DNA of 64,000 nucleotides, taken from assembly GCF_024700885.2 (NCBI RefSeq), contig NZ_CP117016.1; one strand, given 5' to 3'. The notes beneath the pieces were generated by a model. That model was not told the origin of the DNA. It worked only from the letters and a program-made list of their open reading frames with translations, and made no database searches. The position numbers and the translations under genes are program-made. Below, in pieces: positions 23,699 through 36,537 of the stretch; the stretch's first letter is position 1, and each line of letters begins with the position of its first letter. The DNA is from Escherichia coli (lineage in GTDB: Bacteria > Pseudomonadota > Gammaproteobacteria > Enterobacterales > Enterobacteriaceae).

Positions 23699-25330
23699 AT
23701 GACCAACATCACCAAGAGAAGTTTAGTAGCAGCTGGCGTTTTGGCTGCGCTTATGGCAGGGAATGTCGCGCTGGCAGCTGATGTACCCGCAGGCGTCACA
23801 CTGGCGGAAAAACAAACGCTGGTACGTAACAATGGTTCAGAAGTTCAGTCATTAGATCCGCACAAAATTGAAGGTGTTCCGGAGTCTAATATCAGCCGAG
23901 ACCTGTTTGAAGGCTTACTGGTTAGCGATCTTGACGGCCATCCGGAACCTGGCGTCGCTGAATCCTGGGATAATAAAGACGCGAAAGTCTGGACCTTCCA
24001 TTTGCGTAAAGATGCGAAATGGTCTGATGGCACGCCAGTCACAGCACAAGACTTTGTGTATAGCTGGCAACGTTCTGTTGATCCGAACACTGCTTCTCCG
24101 TATGCCAGTTATCTGCAATATGGGCATATCGCCGGTATTGATGAAATTCTTGAAGGGAAAAAACCGATTACCGATCTCGGCGTGAAAGCTATTGATGATC
24201 ACACACTAGAAGTTACCTTAAGTGAACCCGTTCCGTACTTCTATAAATTACTTGTTCACCCATCAACTTCACCGGTGCCAAAAGCCGCTATCGAGAAATT
24301 CGGCGAAAAATGGACCCAGCCTGGTAATATCGTCACCAACGGTGCCTATACCTTAAAAGATTGGGTCGTAAACGAACGAATCGTTCTTGAACGCAGCCCG
24401 ACCTACTGGAACAACACGAAAACCGTTATTAACCAGGTAACCTATTTGCCTATTGCTTCTGAAGTTACCGATGTCAATCGCTACCGTAGTGGTGAAATCG
24501 ACATGACTTATAACAACATGCCGATCGAATTGTTCCAGAAGCTGAAAAAAGAGATCCCGGACGAAGTTCACGTTGATCCATACCTGTGCACTTATTATTA
24601 CGAAATTAACAACCAGAAACCGCCATTTAACGATGTACGTGTGCGTACCGCACTGAAACTGGGTATGGACCGCGATATCATTGTTAATAAAGTGAAAGCG
24701 CAGGGCGACATGCCCGCCTATGGTTACACTCCACCGTATACTGATGGCGCAAAATTGACTCAGCCGGAATGGTTTGGCTGGAGCCAGGAAAAACGTAACG
24801 AAGAAGCGAAAAAACTGCTGGCTGAAGCGGGTTATACCGCAGACAAACCGTTAACCATCAACCTGTTGTATAACACCTCCGATCTGCATAAAAAGCTGGC
24901 GATTGCTGCCTCTTCATTGTGGAAGAAAAACATTGGTGTAAACGTCAAACTGGTTAACCAGGAGTGGAAAACATTTCTCGACACCCGTCACCAGGGCACT
25001 TTTGATGTGGCCCGTGCAGGCTGGTGTGCAGACTACAACGAACCAACTTCCTTCCTGAACACCATGCTGTCGAACAGCTCGATGAATACCGCGCATTATA
25101 AGAGCCCGGCCTTTGACAGCATTATGGCGGAAACGCTGAAAGCGACTGACGAGGCGCAGCGCACAGCTCTGTACACTAAAGCAGAACAACAGCTGGATAA
25201 GGATTCGGCCATTGTTCCTGTTTATTACTACGTGAATGCGCGTCTGGTGAAACCGTGGGTTGGTGGCTATACCGGCAAAGATCCGCTGGATAATACCTAC
25301 ACCCGGAATATGTACATTGTGAAGCACTAA
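23699..25330 (+). CDS. oppA: periplasmic oligopeptide-binding protein OppA
   Basis: ORF 23627..25330; ATG at 23699 gives 543 aa with signal peptide MTNITKRSLVAAGVLAALMAGNVALA. Confidence 0.95.
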   Translation: MTNITKRSLVAAGVLAALMAGNVALAADVPAGVTLAEKQTLVRNNGSEVQSLDPHKIEGVPESNISRDLFEGLLVSDLDGHPEPGVAESWDNKDAKVWTFHLRKDAKWSDGTPVTAQDFVYSWQRSVDPNTASPYASYLQYGHIAGIDEILEGKKPITDLGVKAIDDHTLEVTLSEPVPYFYKLLVHPSTSPVPKAAIEKFGEKWTQPGNIVTNGAYTLKDWVVNERIVLERSPTYWNNTKTVINQVTYLPIASEVTDVNRYRSGEIDMTYNNMPIELFQKLKKEIPDEVHVDPYLCTYYYEINNQKPPFNDVRVRTALKLGMDRDIIVNKVKAQGDMPAYGYTPPYTDGAKLTQPEWFGWSQEKRNEEAKKLLAEAGYTADKPLTINLLYNTSDLHKKLAIAASSLWKKNIGVNVKLVNQEWKTFLDTRHQGTFDVARAGWCADYNEPTSFLNTMLSNSSMNTAHYKSPAFDSIMAETLKATDEAQRTALYTKAEQQLDKDSAIVPVYYYVNARLVKPWVGGYTGKDPLDNTYTRNMYIVKH

Positions 25331-25415
25331 TGGCAATACGTGGGGCAGGCGTGTCCTGCTCCACGGTGTCTGATTTTTATCGCATTACAGAAGGCACAGG
25401 CCAGAAGGTAGGGCA

Positions 25416-26336
25416 ATGTTAAAATTTATTCTACGTCGCTGTCTGGAAGCGATTCCGACGCTATTTATTCTTATTACTATTTCGTTCTTTATGATGCGCC
25501 TCGCGCCGGGAAGCCCTTTTACCGGCGAACGTACTTTACCGCCGGAAGTGATGGCCAATATCGAAGCGAAATATCATCTTAATGATCCGATCATGACACA
25601 GTATTTCAGCTACCTGAAACAACTGGCGCATGGCGATTTCGGTCCATCGTTTAAATATAAAGATTATTCGGTCAACGACCTGGTTGCATCCAGTTTTCCC
25701 GTTTCTGCCAAACTGGGAGCCGCAGCATTTTTCCTTGCGGTAATACTGGGTGTTAGTGCTGGCGTTATTGCCGCATTAAAACAAAACACCAAATGGGACT
25801 ATACCGTGATGGGGCTGGCAATGACCGGGGTTGTTATCCCCAGTTTTGTGGTTGCGCCATTATTAGTCATGATATTTGCGATCATTTTGCATTGGCTGCC
25901 GGGCGGTGGCTGGAATGGTGGGGCGCTTAAATTCATGATATTGCCGATGGTGGCGTTGTCACTCGCCTATATCGCCAGTATTGCGCGTATTACCCGTGGC
26001 TCTATGATTGAGGTTTTACACTCCAACTTTATTCGTACTGCCCGGGCGAAAGGGTTACCTATGCGGCGGATCATTTTACGCCACGCATTAAAACCTGCTC
26101 TGTTACCCGTGCTCTCCTATATGGGCCCCGCATTTGTCGGCATTATTACCGGTTCTATGGTTATCGAAACCATTTATGGTTTGCCGGGGATTGGGCAACT
26201 GTTCGTTAATGGCGCATTGAACCGTGACTATTCCTTAGTGTTAAGCCTGACTATCCTGGTTGGTGCGTTAACCATTTTGTTTAATGCCATTGTCGATGTG
26301 CTATATGCGGTTATCGACCCGAAAATCCGTTACTGA
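25416..26336 (+). CDS. oppB: oligopeptide ABC transporter permease OppB
   Basis: 306-aa polytopic permease ORF. Confidence 0.93.
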   Translation: MLKFILRRCLEAIPTLFILITISFFMMRLAPGSPFTGERTLPPEVMANIEAKYHLNDPIMTQYFSYLKQLAHGDFGPSFKYKDYSVNDLVASSFPVSAKLGAAAFFLAVILGVSAGVIAALKQNTKWDYTVMGLAMTGVVIPSFVVAPLLVMIFAIILHWLPGGGWNGGALKFMILPMVALSLAYIASIARITRGSMIEVLHSNFIRTARAKGLPMRRIILRHALKPALLPVLSYMGPAFVGIITGSMVIETIYGLPGIGQLFVNGALNRDYSLVLSLTILVGALTILFNAIVDVLYAVIDPKIRY

Positions 26337-26350
26337 TACTGGAGCTCGCG

Positions 26351-27259
26351 ATGATGTTAAGTAAGAAAAACAGCGAGACGCTGGAAAATTTCAGTGAAAA
26401 GCTGGAGGTCGAAGGGCGCAGCTTGTGGCAGGACGCACGTCGACGTTTTATGCATAACCGTGCGGCGGTTGTCAGTCTGATAGTGCTGGTGCTGATCGCG
26501 TTATTTGTAATCCTGGCACCGATGCTTTCGCAGTTTGCCTATGACGATACTGACTGGGCGATGATGTCCAGTGCCCCGGATATGGAGTCCGGTCACTACT
26601 TTGGTACTGACTCATCCGGTCGCGACCTGCTTGTGCGTGTTGCGATTGGCGGGCGTATCTCACTCATGGTCGGTGTTGCTGCGGCACTGGTGGCTGTGGT
26701 CGTCGGGACACTTTATGGTTCGCTTTCCGGTTATCTGGGCGGTAAAGTGGATTCGGTAATGATGCGTCTGCTGGAAATCCTCAACTCCTTCCCATTCATG
26801 TTCTTCGTCATTTTGCTGGTGACCTTTTTCGGTCAAAACATCCTGCTGATTTTCGTGGCGATTGGCATGGTTTCCTGGCTGGATATGGCTCGTATTGTGC
26901 GTGGGCAAACCCTGAGTCTGAAGCGTAAAGAGTTTATTGAGGCGGCACAAGTTGGCGGTGTATCGACGTCGGGCATTGTTATTCGCCACATTGTGCCGAA
27001 TGTACTCGGTGTGGTGGTGGTCTACGCATCACTTCTGGTGCCCAGCATGATCCTCTTTGAATCTTTCCTTAGCTTCCTGGGGTTGGGTACGCAAGAGCCG
27101 TTAAGCAGCTGGGGTGCATTGCTGAGTGATGGCGCGAACTCGATGGAAGTCTCTCCATGGTTATTGTTGTTCCCAGCGGGATTCCTCGTGGTGACACTGT
27201 TTTGTTTCAACTTTATCGGCGATGGCTTGCGTGATGCCCTCGACCCGAAAGATCGTTAA
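26351..27259 (+). CDS. oppC: oligopeptide ABC transporter permease OppC
   Basis: 302-aa polytopic permease ORF. Confidence 0.93.
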   Translation: MMLSKKNSETLENFSEKLEVEGRSLWQDARRRFMHNRAAVVSLIVLVLIALFVILAPMLSQFAYDDTDWAMMSSAPDMESGHYFGTDSSGRDLLVRVAIGGRISLMVGVAAALVAVVVGTLYGSLSGYLGGKVDSVMMRLLEILNSFPFMFFVILLVTFFGQNILLIFVAIGMVSWLDMARIVRGQTLSLKRKEFIEAAQVGGVSTSGIVIRHIVPNVLGVVVVYASLLVPSMILFESFLSFLGLGTQEPLSSWGALLSDGANSMEVSPWLLLFPAGFLVVTLFCFNFIGDGLRDALDPKDR

Positions 27260-27270
27260 GGAGTGCAGCC

Positions 27271-28284
27271 ATGAGCGTAATTGAAACTGCAACTGTGCCG
27301 CTCGCACAACAACAGGCTGACGCACTTCTGAACGTGAAAGATTTGCGTGTCACCTTTAGTACCCCGGACGGCGACGTCACGGCGGTCAATGATTTGAATT
27401 TTTCCCTACGTGCCGGAGAAACGCTGGGCATTGTAGGTGAGTCTGGTTCGGGTAAATCGCAAACTGCATTTGCGTTGATGGGCCTGTTGGCTGCCAACGG
27501 ACGTATTGGCGGATCGGCAACCTTCAATGGGCGTGAAATCCTCAATTTGCCAGAGCGTGAACTCAATAAACTGCGCGCTGAACAAATCTCAATGATTTTT
27601 CAGGACCCAATGACTTCGTTGAATCCCTATATGCGCGTCGGTGAGCAGTTGATGGAAGTGCTGATGCTGCATAAGAACATGAGCAAAGCTGAGGCGTTTG
27701 AAGAGTCGGTGCGGATGCTCGATGCGGTAAAAATGCCGGAAGCGCGTAAACGCATGAAAATGTACCCGCACGAATTTTCTGGCGGCATGCGTCAGCGAGT
27801 TATGATTGCGATGGCATTGCTATGTCGACCTAAGCTGCTGATTGCGGATGAACCCACTACTGCGCTGGACGTCACCGTACAGGCGCAGATCATGACGCTA
27901 TTGAATGAACTGAAGCGGGAATTTAATACCGCCATCATTATGATCACCCACGATCTTGGCGTGGTTGCGGGGATCTGCGACAAAGTGCTGGTAATGTACG
28001 CCGGGCGCACGATGGAATATGGCAACGCGCGCGATGTCTTTTATCAACCCGTTCATCCTTATTCTATCGGTTTACTCAACGCGGTGCCGCGTCTCGATGC
28101 GGAAGGTGAAACAATGTTGACCATCCCGGGTAATCCGCCAAACCTGTTGCGATTACCGAAAGGTTGCCCGTTCCAGCCACGTTGTCCGCATGCGATGGAA
28201 ATTTGTAGTAGCGCACCGCCGCTGGAAGAGTTTACGCCTGGCCGTCTGCGTGCTTGCTTTAAACCGGTGGAGGAACTGTTATGA
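27271..28284 (+). CDS. oppD: oligopeptide ABC transporter ATPase OppD
   Basis: 337-aa ORF with Walker A (GESGSGKS), ABC signature (FSGGMRQR) and Walker B (LLIADE). Confidence 0.95.
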   Translation: MSVIETATVPLAQQQADALLNVKDLRVTFSTPDGDVTAVNDLNFSLRAGETLGIVGESGSGKSQTAFALMGLLAANGRIGGSATFNGREILNLPERELNKLRAEQISMIFQDPMTSLNPYMRVGEQLMEVLMLHKNMSKAEAFEESVRMLDAVKMPEARKRMKMYPHEFSGGMRQRVMIAMALLCRPKLLIADEPTTALDVTVQAQIMTLLNELKREFNTAIIMITHDLGVVAGICDKVLVMYAGRTMEYGNARDVFYQPVHPYSIGLLNAVPRLDAEGETMLTIPGNPPNLLRLPKGCPFQPRCPHAMEICSSAPPLEEFTPGRLRACFKPVEELL

Positions 28285-29285
28285 ATGCTGTAACCGAAGG
28301 AAGAAAAGTCCTCCTCGAAATCGCCGATCTGAAAGTGCACTTTGAAATCAAAGATGGCAAACAGTGGTTCTGGCAACCGCCGAAAACGCTCAAAGCCGTC
28401 GATGGTGTCACTCTTCGCCTGTATGAAGGGGAAACATTAGGTGTGGTAGGGGAATCGGGATGCGGTAAGTCCACCTTTGCTCGCGCCATCATTGGTTTGG
28501 TCAAGGCGACCGACGGTCATGTTGCCTGGTTAGGTAAAGAGTTGCTGGGCATGAAGCCCGATGAATGGCGTGCCGTTCGCAGTGATATTCAGATGATTTT
28601 CCAGGATCCATTGGCATCGCTTAACCCGCGTATGACCATCGGCGAGATTATCGCTGAACCGCTGCGTACCTATCATCCGAAAATGTCACGCCAGGAAGTT
28701 CGCGAGCGCGTGAAGGCGATGATGCTGAAAGTCGGGTTATTGCCTAACCTGATTAACCGCTATCCGCATGAGTTCTCTGGTGGGCAGTGCCAGCGTATCG
28801 GGATTGCTCGTGCTCTTATTCTTGAACCGAAGCTGATTATCTGTGATGAGCCGGTGTCGGCGCTGGACGTGTCAATTCAGGCGCAGGTGGTCAACCTGCT
28901 CCAGCAGCTGCAACGCGAGATGGGATTGTCATTAATTTTTATCGCTCACGACCTGGCCGTGGTAAAACACATTTCCGATCGTGTGCTGGTGATGTATCTC
29001 GGCCATGCGGTAGAACTGGGGACCTATGATGAGGTCTATCACAATCCGCTACATCCTTACACCAGGGCATTGATGTCGGCAGTCCCCATACCTGATCCGG
29101 ATCTGGAGAAGAACAAAACCATCCAGTTACTGGAAGGGGAATTACCGTCGCCGATCAACCCGCCTTCCGGTTGTGTTTTCCGTACCCGTTGCCCGATTGC
29201 CGGTCCGGAGTGTGCCAAAACACGTCCTGTGCTGGAGGGGAGTTTCAGACACGCTGTTTCTTGCCTGAAAGTCGATCCGCTTTAA
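28281..29285 (+). CDS. oppF: oligopeptide ABC transporter ATPase OppF
   Basis: 334-aa ORF with Walker A (GESGCGKST), signature (FSGGQCQR) and Walker B (LIICDE). Confidence 0.95.
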   Translation: MNAVTEGRKVLLEIADLKVHFEIKDGKQWFWQPPKTLKAVDGVTLRLYEGETLGVVGESGCGKSTFARAIIGLVKATDGHVAWLGKELLGMKPDEWRAVRSDIQMIFQDPLASLNPRMTIGEIIAEPLRTYHPKMSRQEVRERVKAMMLKVGLLPNLINRYPHEFSGGQCQRIGIARALILEPKLIICDEPVSALDVSIQAQVVNLLQQLQREMGLSLIFIAHDLAVVKHISDRVLVMYLGHAVELGTYDEVYHNPLHPYTRALMSAVPIPDPDLEKNKTIQLLEGELPSPINPPSGCVFRTRCPIAGPECAKTRPVLEGSFRHAVSCLKVDPL

Positions 29286-29294
29286 ACACAATAA

Positions 29295-29320
29295 GGGCTG
29301 ACAGTTGTCAGCCCTTTTTC
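29295..29320. terminator. opp operon terminator hairpin (possibly bidirectional with yciU)
   Basis: Stem gggctgaca/tgtcagccc followed by TTTTT. Confidence 0.75.
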
Positions 29321-29337
29321 ACGCCAAAAGCGATTAT

Positions 29338-31162
<1,825 letters not shown>

Positions 31163-31532
31163 AGATTAGAAATCCTTTTGAAAGCGCATTGTTATGAGTT
31201 TACGCATATGGATTCATCTGGCAAATAAAAACGCGGGAAAAGCACTGGTCAGCGTCGGGGGTGGGGGTATAATGACCATTCTGTTATTGCATAGAGTAGT
31301 TAACATGAAGCGGAGTAGAACGGAAGTGGGGCGCTGGCGCATGCAGCGTCAGGCTAGCCGACGTAAATCGCGTTGGCTTGAGGGGCAGTCGCGCCGAAAT
31401 ATGCGTATCCACAGCATCAGGAAGTGCATTCTAAACAAACAGCGTAACTCGTTATTGTTTGCGATCTACAATATCTAAATGTACTGGGCACCATTGCGGT
31501 GCCCAATAAGTTTACTCTTCCGTCTTTAAAGT

Positions 31533-32786
31533 CTATTTTTGCGCCGATTCTTTATTGTCAGCTTTCGTTTCTTGTTCATCGTTATCGCTGAAAATACCAT
31601 GACCGGAGTTCAACAACATTGAAACGAGCATATCATTATTAATCTCTTCACCATTTAAAACTCGCGCCAGAATTTCGCTGCCAAACAGTTGCGGTGAGAG
31701 AATGATATCCGGATGTACCATCTTAATCTTATTCAGGTTTTTGCTATCACTGACGGCGAGAACTGTTTTGACATCACTGCTCATATCTTTTGCCGAGAGT
31801 ACAACAAACGCGTTATCTGCATCGTTATCACTCAGCGCCAGAATGGCCCGGCATCGATCGATTCCCGCTTTCTTTAATACTGAACTGTCATTACTGTCAC
31901 CGGGGATAACATCAGCGTTATCGCCTAAGCGTTGCTCAAGTTGCTTGATATCATCTTCAGGCAAGTTGCTGATAACCGTTACGTTTTGTCCGCGTTGATT
32001 CAGTTGCAGGATCGTATTGATGGCGAGAATCGAATGTCCGCAAACAATAAAATGATCTTTACGATGCATTGTATGATTGTTTCCTTTTACAAGTTTGTTG
32101 AATCCCCCGCGGATAAGCGGACCAAAAATTGAGGTCATAGAGGTGGCAAAAACGGTAATGCCGGAAATAATGACCGAAATAGTGAACAATCGTGCTGATT
32201 CAGAAACAGGGACAATATCGCCATAGCCGACGGTTGACATGGTTTCTATCGAAAAATAGAACGCGGTCATCAAACTTTCTATTCGCGGATTAAAACCTTC
32301 GCTTAAATAAAGCGCACCGTAGGTGGAGTAAAACAGTAACGTCGTGAAACTAATAAATGCGAAAATTGTCCCGGCTGCGGCGCTACTGTGGGAGAAGTCT
32401 TTGCGCAGTATCAGCAAAAACACCAGCGTAAAAATGCAAAATCCAATACTAAATTTCAGCCAGGGATAAAAATGCAGGGTGTAAATTAGCGCTATCAACA
32501 ACAAAATGATACTGATTGCCCATGCGAGCTTTGCCCGGAACAGTAAGCCAATGGAGTTCAGGACAAGAAAGACGCCGAGCATAAATAGTGGGGCGTTTGC
32601 CAGCAAGGAGAGATCCAACTCTGAAAATGCTTTGATATGGAAAATATCAAGCAAATTGACCGACATACCATAGATTGTTTTAAAAATAAGCAATCCATTT
32701 AAAAAGACGGCCAGCGCGAGAATGTCGTGCCGTAGGGTCACCCATAAATTTGTTGCTGTTTGTTTGAATGTAGCCCAGTGACTCAC
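31533..32786 (-). CDS. kch: voltage-gated potassium channel Kch
   Basis: ORF 31533..32804; GTG at 32786 gives 417 aa; K+ selectivity filter TVGYGD and C-terminal RCK/TrkA domain. Confidence 0.9.
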   Translation of the reverse strand: MSHWATFKQTATNLWVTLRHDILALAVFLNGLLIFKTIYGMSVNLLDIFHIKAFSELDLSLLANAPLFMLGVFLVLNSIGLLFRAKLAWAISIILLLIALIYTLHFYPWLKFSIGFCIFTLVFLLILRKDFSHSSAAAGTIFAFISFTTLLFYSTYGALYLSEGFNPRIESLMTAFYFSIETMSTVGYGDIVPVSESARLFTISVIISGITVFATSMTSIFGPLIRGGFNKLVKGNNHTMHRKDHFIVCGHSILAINTILQLNQRGQNVTVISNLPEDDIKQLEQRLGDNADVIPGDSNDSSVLKKAGIDRCRAILALSDNDADNAFVVLSAKDMSSDVKTVLAVSDSKNLNKIKMVHPDIILSPQLFGSEILARVLNGEEINNDMLVSMLLNSGHGIFSDNDEQETKADNKESAQK

Positions 32787-33086
32787 TGATACCTCTGTAA
32801 CCACAATTTTGTTTAATTATCTCAACGTGCACATTTTCTGAACATACATGCGGCACGTGAATGTGTTAAACAATAGTAGATGACTTTATCCGCAGTAATC
32901 AAAGGTTTTGAGTGAGCAACTCTGCGTCAGGAAAGGGCATTTTTCCTGAATATGCTCACATCATATAAAGAAATACAGATAAAGTTATTATCTGCTTGTG
33001 GGGGTGAATGCACTGACCGACCTATAAGGAAAGGCCAAACAAGAACACGGTTGCAAAAACCGTGCCCTTAAATATTGAATCTCTAT

Positions 33087-33383
33087 TCAGAACACTTTCT
33101 TAAATGGTTTCACTGAAACGTGTTCATAGACTCCTGCCGCTACGTACGGGTCAGCATCGGCCCAGGCCTGAGCTGCTTCCAGCGATTCAAATTCAGCAAT
33201 AACGGTTGAGCCAGTAAATCCCGCAGCCCCTGGATCGTTACTGTCTACCGCTGGCATTGGACCAGCTGTCAACAAACGACCTTCATCATGCAGTAACTGT
33301 AAACGTGCTAAATGTGCCGGACGAACGGAAAGGCGTTTTTCGAGGCTATCAGCTTTGTCTTGAGCGTAAATAACATACAACAC
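33087..33383 (-). CDS. yciI: YciI-like protein
   Basis: ORF 33087..33479; GTG start gives 98 aa ([17 protein letters not shown]...). Confidence 0.85.
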
Positions 33384-33529
33384 GGGCACAACTCCTTGTT
33401 CGGGAAAGTTGTAAAGTACGTTATTTGAAAGGGCGAAGATCTGCAACGGAAAGATGATGTCTTTGTTAAGACCATGCATAAAGTAAGGTCAATTACGCCA
33501 AAAATGACATTTTCACTGATCCTGATCGT

Positions 33530-33575
33530 CTTGCCTTATTGAATATGATTGCTATTTGCATTTAAAATCGAGACC
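33530..33575 (+). promoter_or_regulatory. tonB promoter with Fur box
   Basis: ttgaatatgattgctatttgcatt resembles the Fur consensus (GATAATGATAATCATTATC) immediately upstream of tonB. Confidence 0.5.
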
Positions 33576-33606
33576 TGGTTTTTCTACTGAAATGATTATG
33601 ACTTCA

Positions 33607-34326
33607 ATGACCCTTGATTTACCTCGCCGCTTCCCCTGGCCGACGTTACTTTCGGTCTGCATTCATGGTGCTGTTGTGGCGGGTCTGCTCTATACCTCGG
33701 TACATCAGGTTATTGAACTACCTGCGCCTGCGCAGCCAATTTCTGTCACGATGGTTGCGCCTGCGGATCTCGAACCGCCACAAGCCGTTCAGCCGCCACC
33801 GGAGCCGGTGGTAGAGCCAGAACCGGAACCTGAGCCGATCCCCGAACCGCCAAAAGAAGCACCGGTGGTCATTGAAAAGCCGAAGCCGAAACCTAAGCCA
33901 AAACCGAAGCCGGTGAAAAAGGTACAGGAGCAGCCAAAACGCGATGTCAAACCCGTAGAGTCGCGTCCGGCATCACCGTTTGAAAATACGGCACCGGCAC
34001 GCCCGACATCAAGTACAGCAACGGCTGCAACCAGCAAGCCGGTTACCAGTGTGGCTTCAGGACCACGCGCATTAAGCCGTAATCAGCCGCAGTATCCGGC
34101 ACGAGCACAGGCATTGCGCATTGAAGGGCAGGTTAAAGTTAAATTTGACGTCACGCCGGATGGTCGCGTGGATAACGTACAAATCCTCTCAGCCAAGCCT
34201 GCGAATATGTTTGAGCGTGAGGTGAAAAATGCGATGCGCAGATGGCGTTATGAGCCGGGTAAGCCAGGCAGTGGGATTGTGGTGAATATCCTGTTTAAAA
34301 TTAACGGCACCACCGAAATTCAGTAA
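33607..34326 (+). CDS. tonB: energy transducer TonB
   Basis: ORF 33556..34326; ATG at 33607 gives 239 aa; EP/KP proline-rich repeats ([24 protein letters not shown]) and C-terminal domain. Confidence 0.97.
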   Translation: MTLDLPRRFPWPTLLSVCIHGAVVAGLLYTSVHQVIELPAPAQPISVTMVAPADLEPPQAVQPPPEPVVEPEPEPEPIPEPPKEAPVVIEKPKPKPKPKPKPVKKVQEQPKRDVKPVESRPASPFENTAPARPTSSTATAATSKPVTSVASGPRALSRNQPQYPARAQALRIEGQVKVKFDVTPDGRVDNVQILSAKPANMFEREVKNAMRRWRYEPGKPGSGIVVNILFKINGTTEIQ

Positions 34327-34331
34327 GCATA

Positions 34332-34364
34332 AAGTCAAAAGCCTCCGACCGGAGGCTTTTGACT
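34332..34364. terminator. bidirectional terminator between tonB and yciA
   Basis: Hairpin aagtcaaaagcctccg/cggaggcttttgactt flanked by A/T runs on both sides. Confidence 0.8.
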
Positions 34365-34365
34365 A

Positions 34366-34764
34366 TTACTCAACAGGTAAGGCGCGAGGTTTTCCTTCAG
34401 GATCAACCGCGACATACTTAAATAATGCTTCTGTCGCTTTATAGCGTTGCCCGATGGGTTCAGACGCGACTTTTTTCACCCACACTTCAATATTAATGCT
34501 GACCGATGTCGTCCCTTTCTGGACACAGCGTGCATAGCAGCACACCACATCGCCGACCGCAACCGGCCGTAAGAAAGTCATTCCTTCAACCCGCACGGTC
34601 ACTACGCGACCGTGGGCAATTTCTTTCGCCAGAATAGCGCCGCCAATATCCATTTGTGACATTAACCAACCACCAAAGATGTCACCATTGGCATTGGTAT
34701 CGGCGGGCATGGCTAAAGTACGTAAAACAAGATCGCCCTGAGGGACGTTATGTGTTGTAGACAT
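34366..34764 (-). CDS. yciA: acyl-CoA thioesterase YciA
   Basis: 132-aa hotdog-fold ORF. Confidence 0.9.
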   Translation of the reverse strand: MSTTHNVPQGDLVLRTLAMPADTNANGDIFGGWLMSQMDIGGAILAKEIAHGRVVTVRVEGMTFLRPVAVGDVVCCYARCVQKGTTSVSINIEVWVKKVASEPIGQRYKATEALFKYVAVDPEGKPRALPVE

Positions 34765-34868
34765 GGTAAAACCGACTTAAAAGGAAAATCACAGGCGCGA
34801 TGCTACTATGATTTTCCTGAGGAGAACAGAGGAGATACAGCGCCAGCCCCGAAGGACTGGCAGTCTGG

Positions 34869-35408
34869 TTAGGATTTATCTTCCTGCGGCATGTGGCGGT
34901 AGATATAGATACCGCTTAACAATGTGAAGATTAAGGTAAGGGCGGTCAGGCCAAAGACTTTAAAGTTGACCCAAATATTTTGCGGCAGCCAGAATGCGAT
35001 GTAGATGTTTGCCAGACCGCAAAGGATAAAGAAAACAGCCCAGGCCAGATTCAGCTTCGACCATACCGGTTGCGGCAGCGTGAGTTCTTTACCCAGCATC
35101 CGCTGAATTAGCGGCTTTTTCATCACCCATTGGCTGACTAACAGGGCTCCCGCAAACAGAGCATAAATGACTGTAACCTTCCATTTAATAAACTCATCAT
35201 TGTGGAAGAACAGCGTCAAGCCACCGAAGACGACCACCAGAACAAAAGTGATCAGGGCCATCTTCTCAACCTTACGAAAGCGAACCCAGCTATATATAAG
35301 CACAATCGCCGTGGCGACGATCAGCGCCGCAGTAGCCGCATAGATGTCATAAATCTTGTAAAACGCGAAAAAGACAACCAGCGGTAAAAAATCAAGAAAC
35401 TGCTTCAT
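34869..35408 (-). CDS. yciB: inner membrane protein YciB (intracellular septation protein A family)
   Basis: 179-aa polytopic membrane ORF. Confidence 0.9.
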   Translation of the reverse strand: MKQFLDFLPLVVFFAFYKIYDIYAATAALIVATAIVLIYSWVRFRKVEKMALITFVLVVVFGGLTLFFHNDEFIKWKVTVIYALFAGALLVSQWVMKKPLIQRMLGKELTLPQPVWSKLNLAWAVFFILCGLANIYIAFWLPQNIWVNFKVFGLTALTLIFTLLSGIYIYRHMPQEDKS

Positions 35409-35437
35409 TTTACGATTCCGTAATCAAATGCTTAAGG

Positions 35438-36181
35438 TTATTGGCGAATCAACATATACAGGCGGAACAGATAGATGAGCAGTACGGCTGAAATCAGGTT
35501 GCTCAAGGTGTTCGCCAGTACGGCACCAATTTCCGGGGTTAATGCGGCAAAAGAAGAGGCAAAAAGCAGCAACAGTGTCTTTGCCAGCAACCAGCTCAGT
35601 ACTGCGGGTGCCACCAGACGCATATTCGCCCAAGTCAGCCGCATACTGCTACGCATCGAGGCAAAAACGCCCATTTTGTCCTGTACCAACATCACCGGTG
35701 CCAGAGCCAGTAAAATGGCCATGATAATTCCCGGAACGACCACCAGCATGATGCCAATCTGTACTAAAAGGGTAGTCAGAAAAATCAGAATAAATAACTT
35801 TGGCAATATCGGCGCACTGGCACCAATAGCTCGAAGCGCACTGACTCTCTGACCCGCAGACACCAGCTGGATAATTAATATTACGCCTCCGGCGAGAATG
35901 GCGTTACCGATTAATCCTGAAAAAGTGGACGCCGCTGAAGCCTGCAGCAAAATTTGTTGCTGTTCCGGTGACATATTCTGAACCAGGTCGAACAACCCAC
36001 TACTGCCGCTAACGGGCACGCCGTCATTGAGCTGCGCAAGCTGTGCATCACTGGGTGAGAAAACATGCCCTAACACCACTGTGATAAACGCACATAGCAA
36101 CGATACCAACAGAATGGTCATAAATTGATTACGGAAGAAATTTCCGGTGTCACGGTATACGGACTGCGCCGTGATAGACAT
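35438..36181 (-). CDS. yciC: UPF0259 membrane protein YciC
   Basis: 247-aa polytopic membrane ORF. Confidence 0.9.
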   Translation of the reverse strand: MSITAQSVYRDTGNFFRNQFMTILLVSLLCAFITVVLGHVFSPSDAQLAQLNDGVPVSGSSGLFDLVQNMSPEQQQILLQASAASTFSGLIGNAILAGGVILIIQLVSAGQRVSALRAIGASAPILPKLFILIFLTTLLVQIGIMLVVVPGIIMAILLALAPVMLVQDKMGVFASMRSSMRLTWANMRLVAPAVLSWLLAKTLLLLFASSFAALTPEIGAVLANTLSNLISAVLLIYLFRLYMLIRQ

Positions 36182-36375
36182 GCACTCTCCTTGAGTTTTA
36201 TGCAGGTGTTAATTAGCGGGCAATTGTACCCTGGTTAAGCCTCGGGTGGCAGCATCAGGTCTTGTATGGAAAAGCATATCTTTGTAAAGCGGAGGTAATT
36301 GCTGGCCTTCAGGCGTGGGCAAACCGCTGCAAGTGGCGAGCGAGTTAATATTTGCGTAGCGAAAATATGTAAAAA

Positions 36376-36389
36376 TTGATTTAAATCAC
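36376..36389 (+). promoter_or_regulatory. FNR-like box upstream of ompW
   Basis: TTGAT-N4-ATCAC (ttgatttaaatcac) ~150 bp upstream of the ompW ATG; ompW is recalled to be FNR-activated. Confidence 0.5.
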
Positions 36390-36537
36390 ATTAACCAGGA
36401 TTTTCAATGCAACTTCTAAATTAATCCAGATCAATAAAGGGTGAATTATCATATGTAATGTGATCTATGTAGGATCATTTGTTACTCCAATGTAGGTATA
36501 TTCGTCACGTTTTTATAACCATAACGACGGAGCGGAT

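Noticed and set aside
33789-34037. 82-aa Gly/Ser-rich minus-strand ORF within tonB
   Set aside because: Reverse-complement frame of the TonB proline-rich (EP/KP) repeat region; an artefact of repeat composition.
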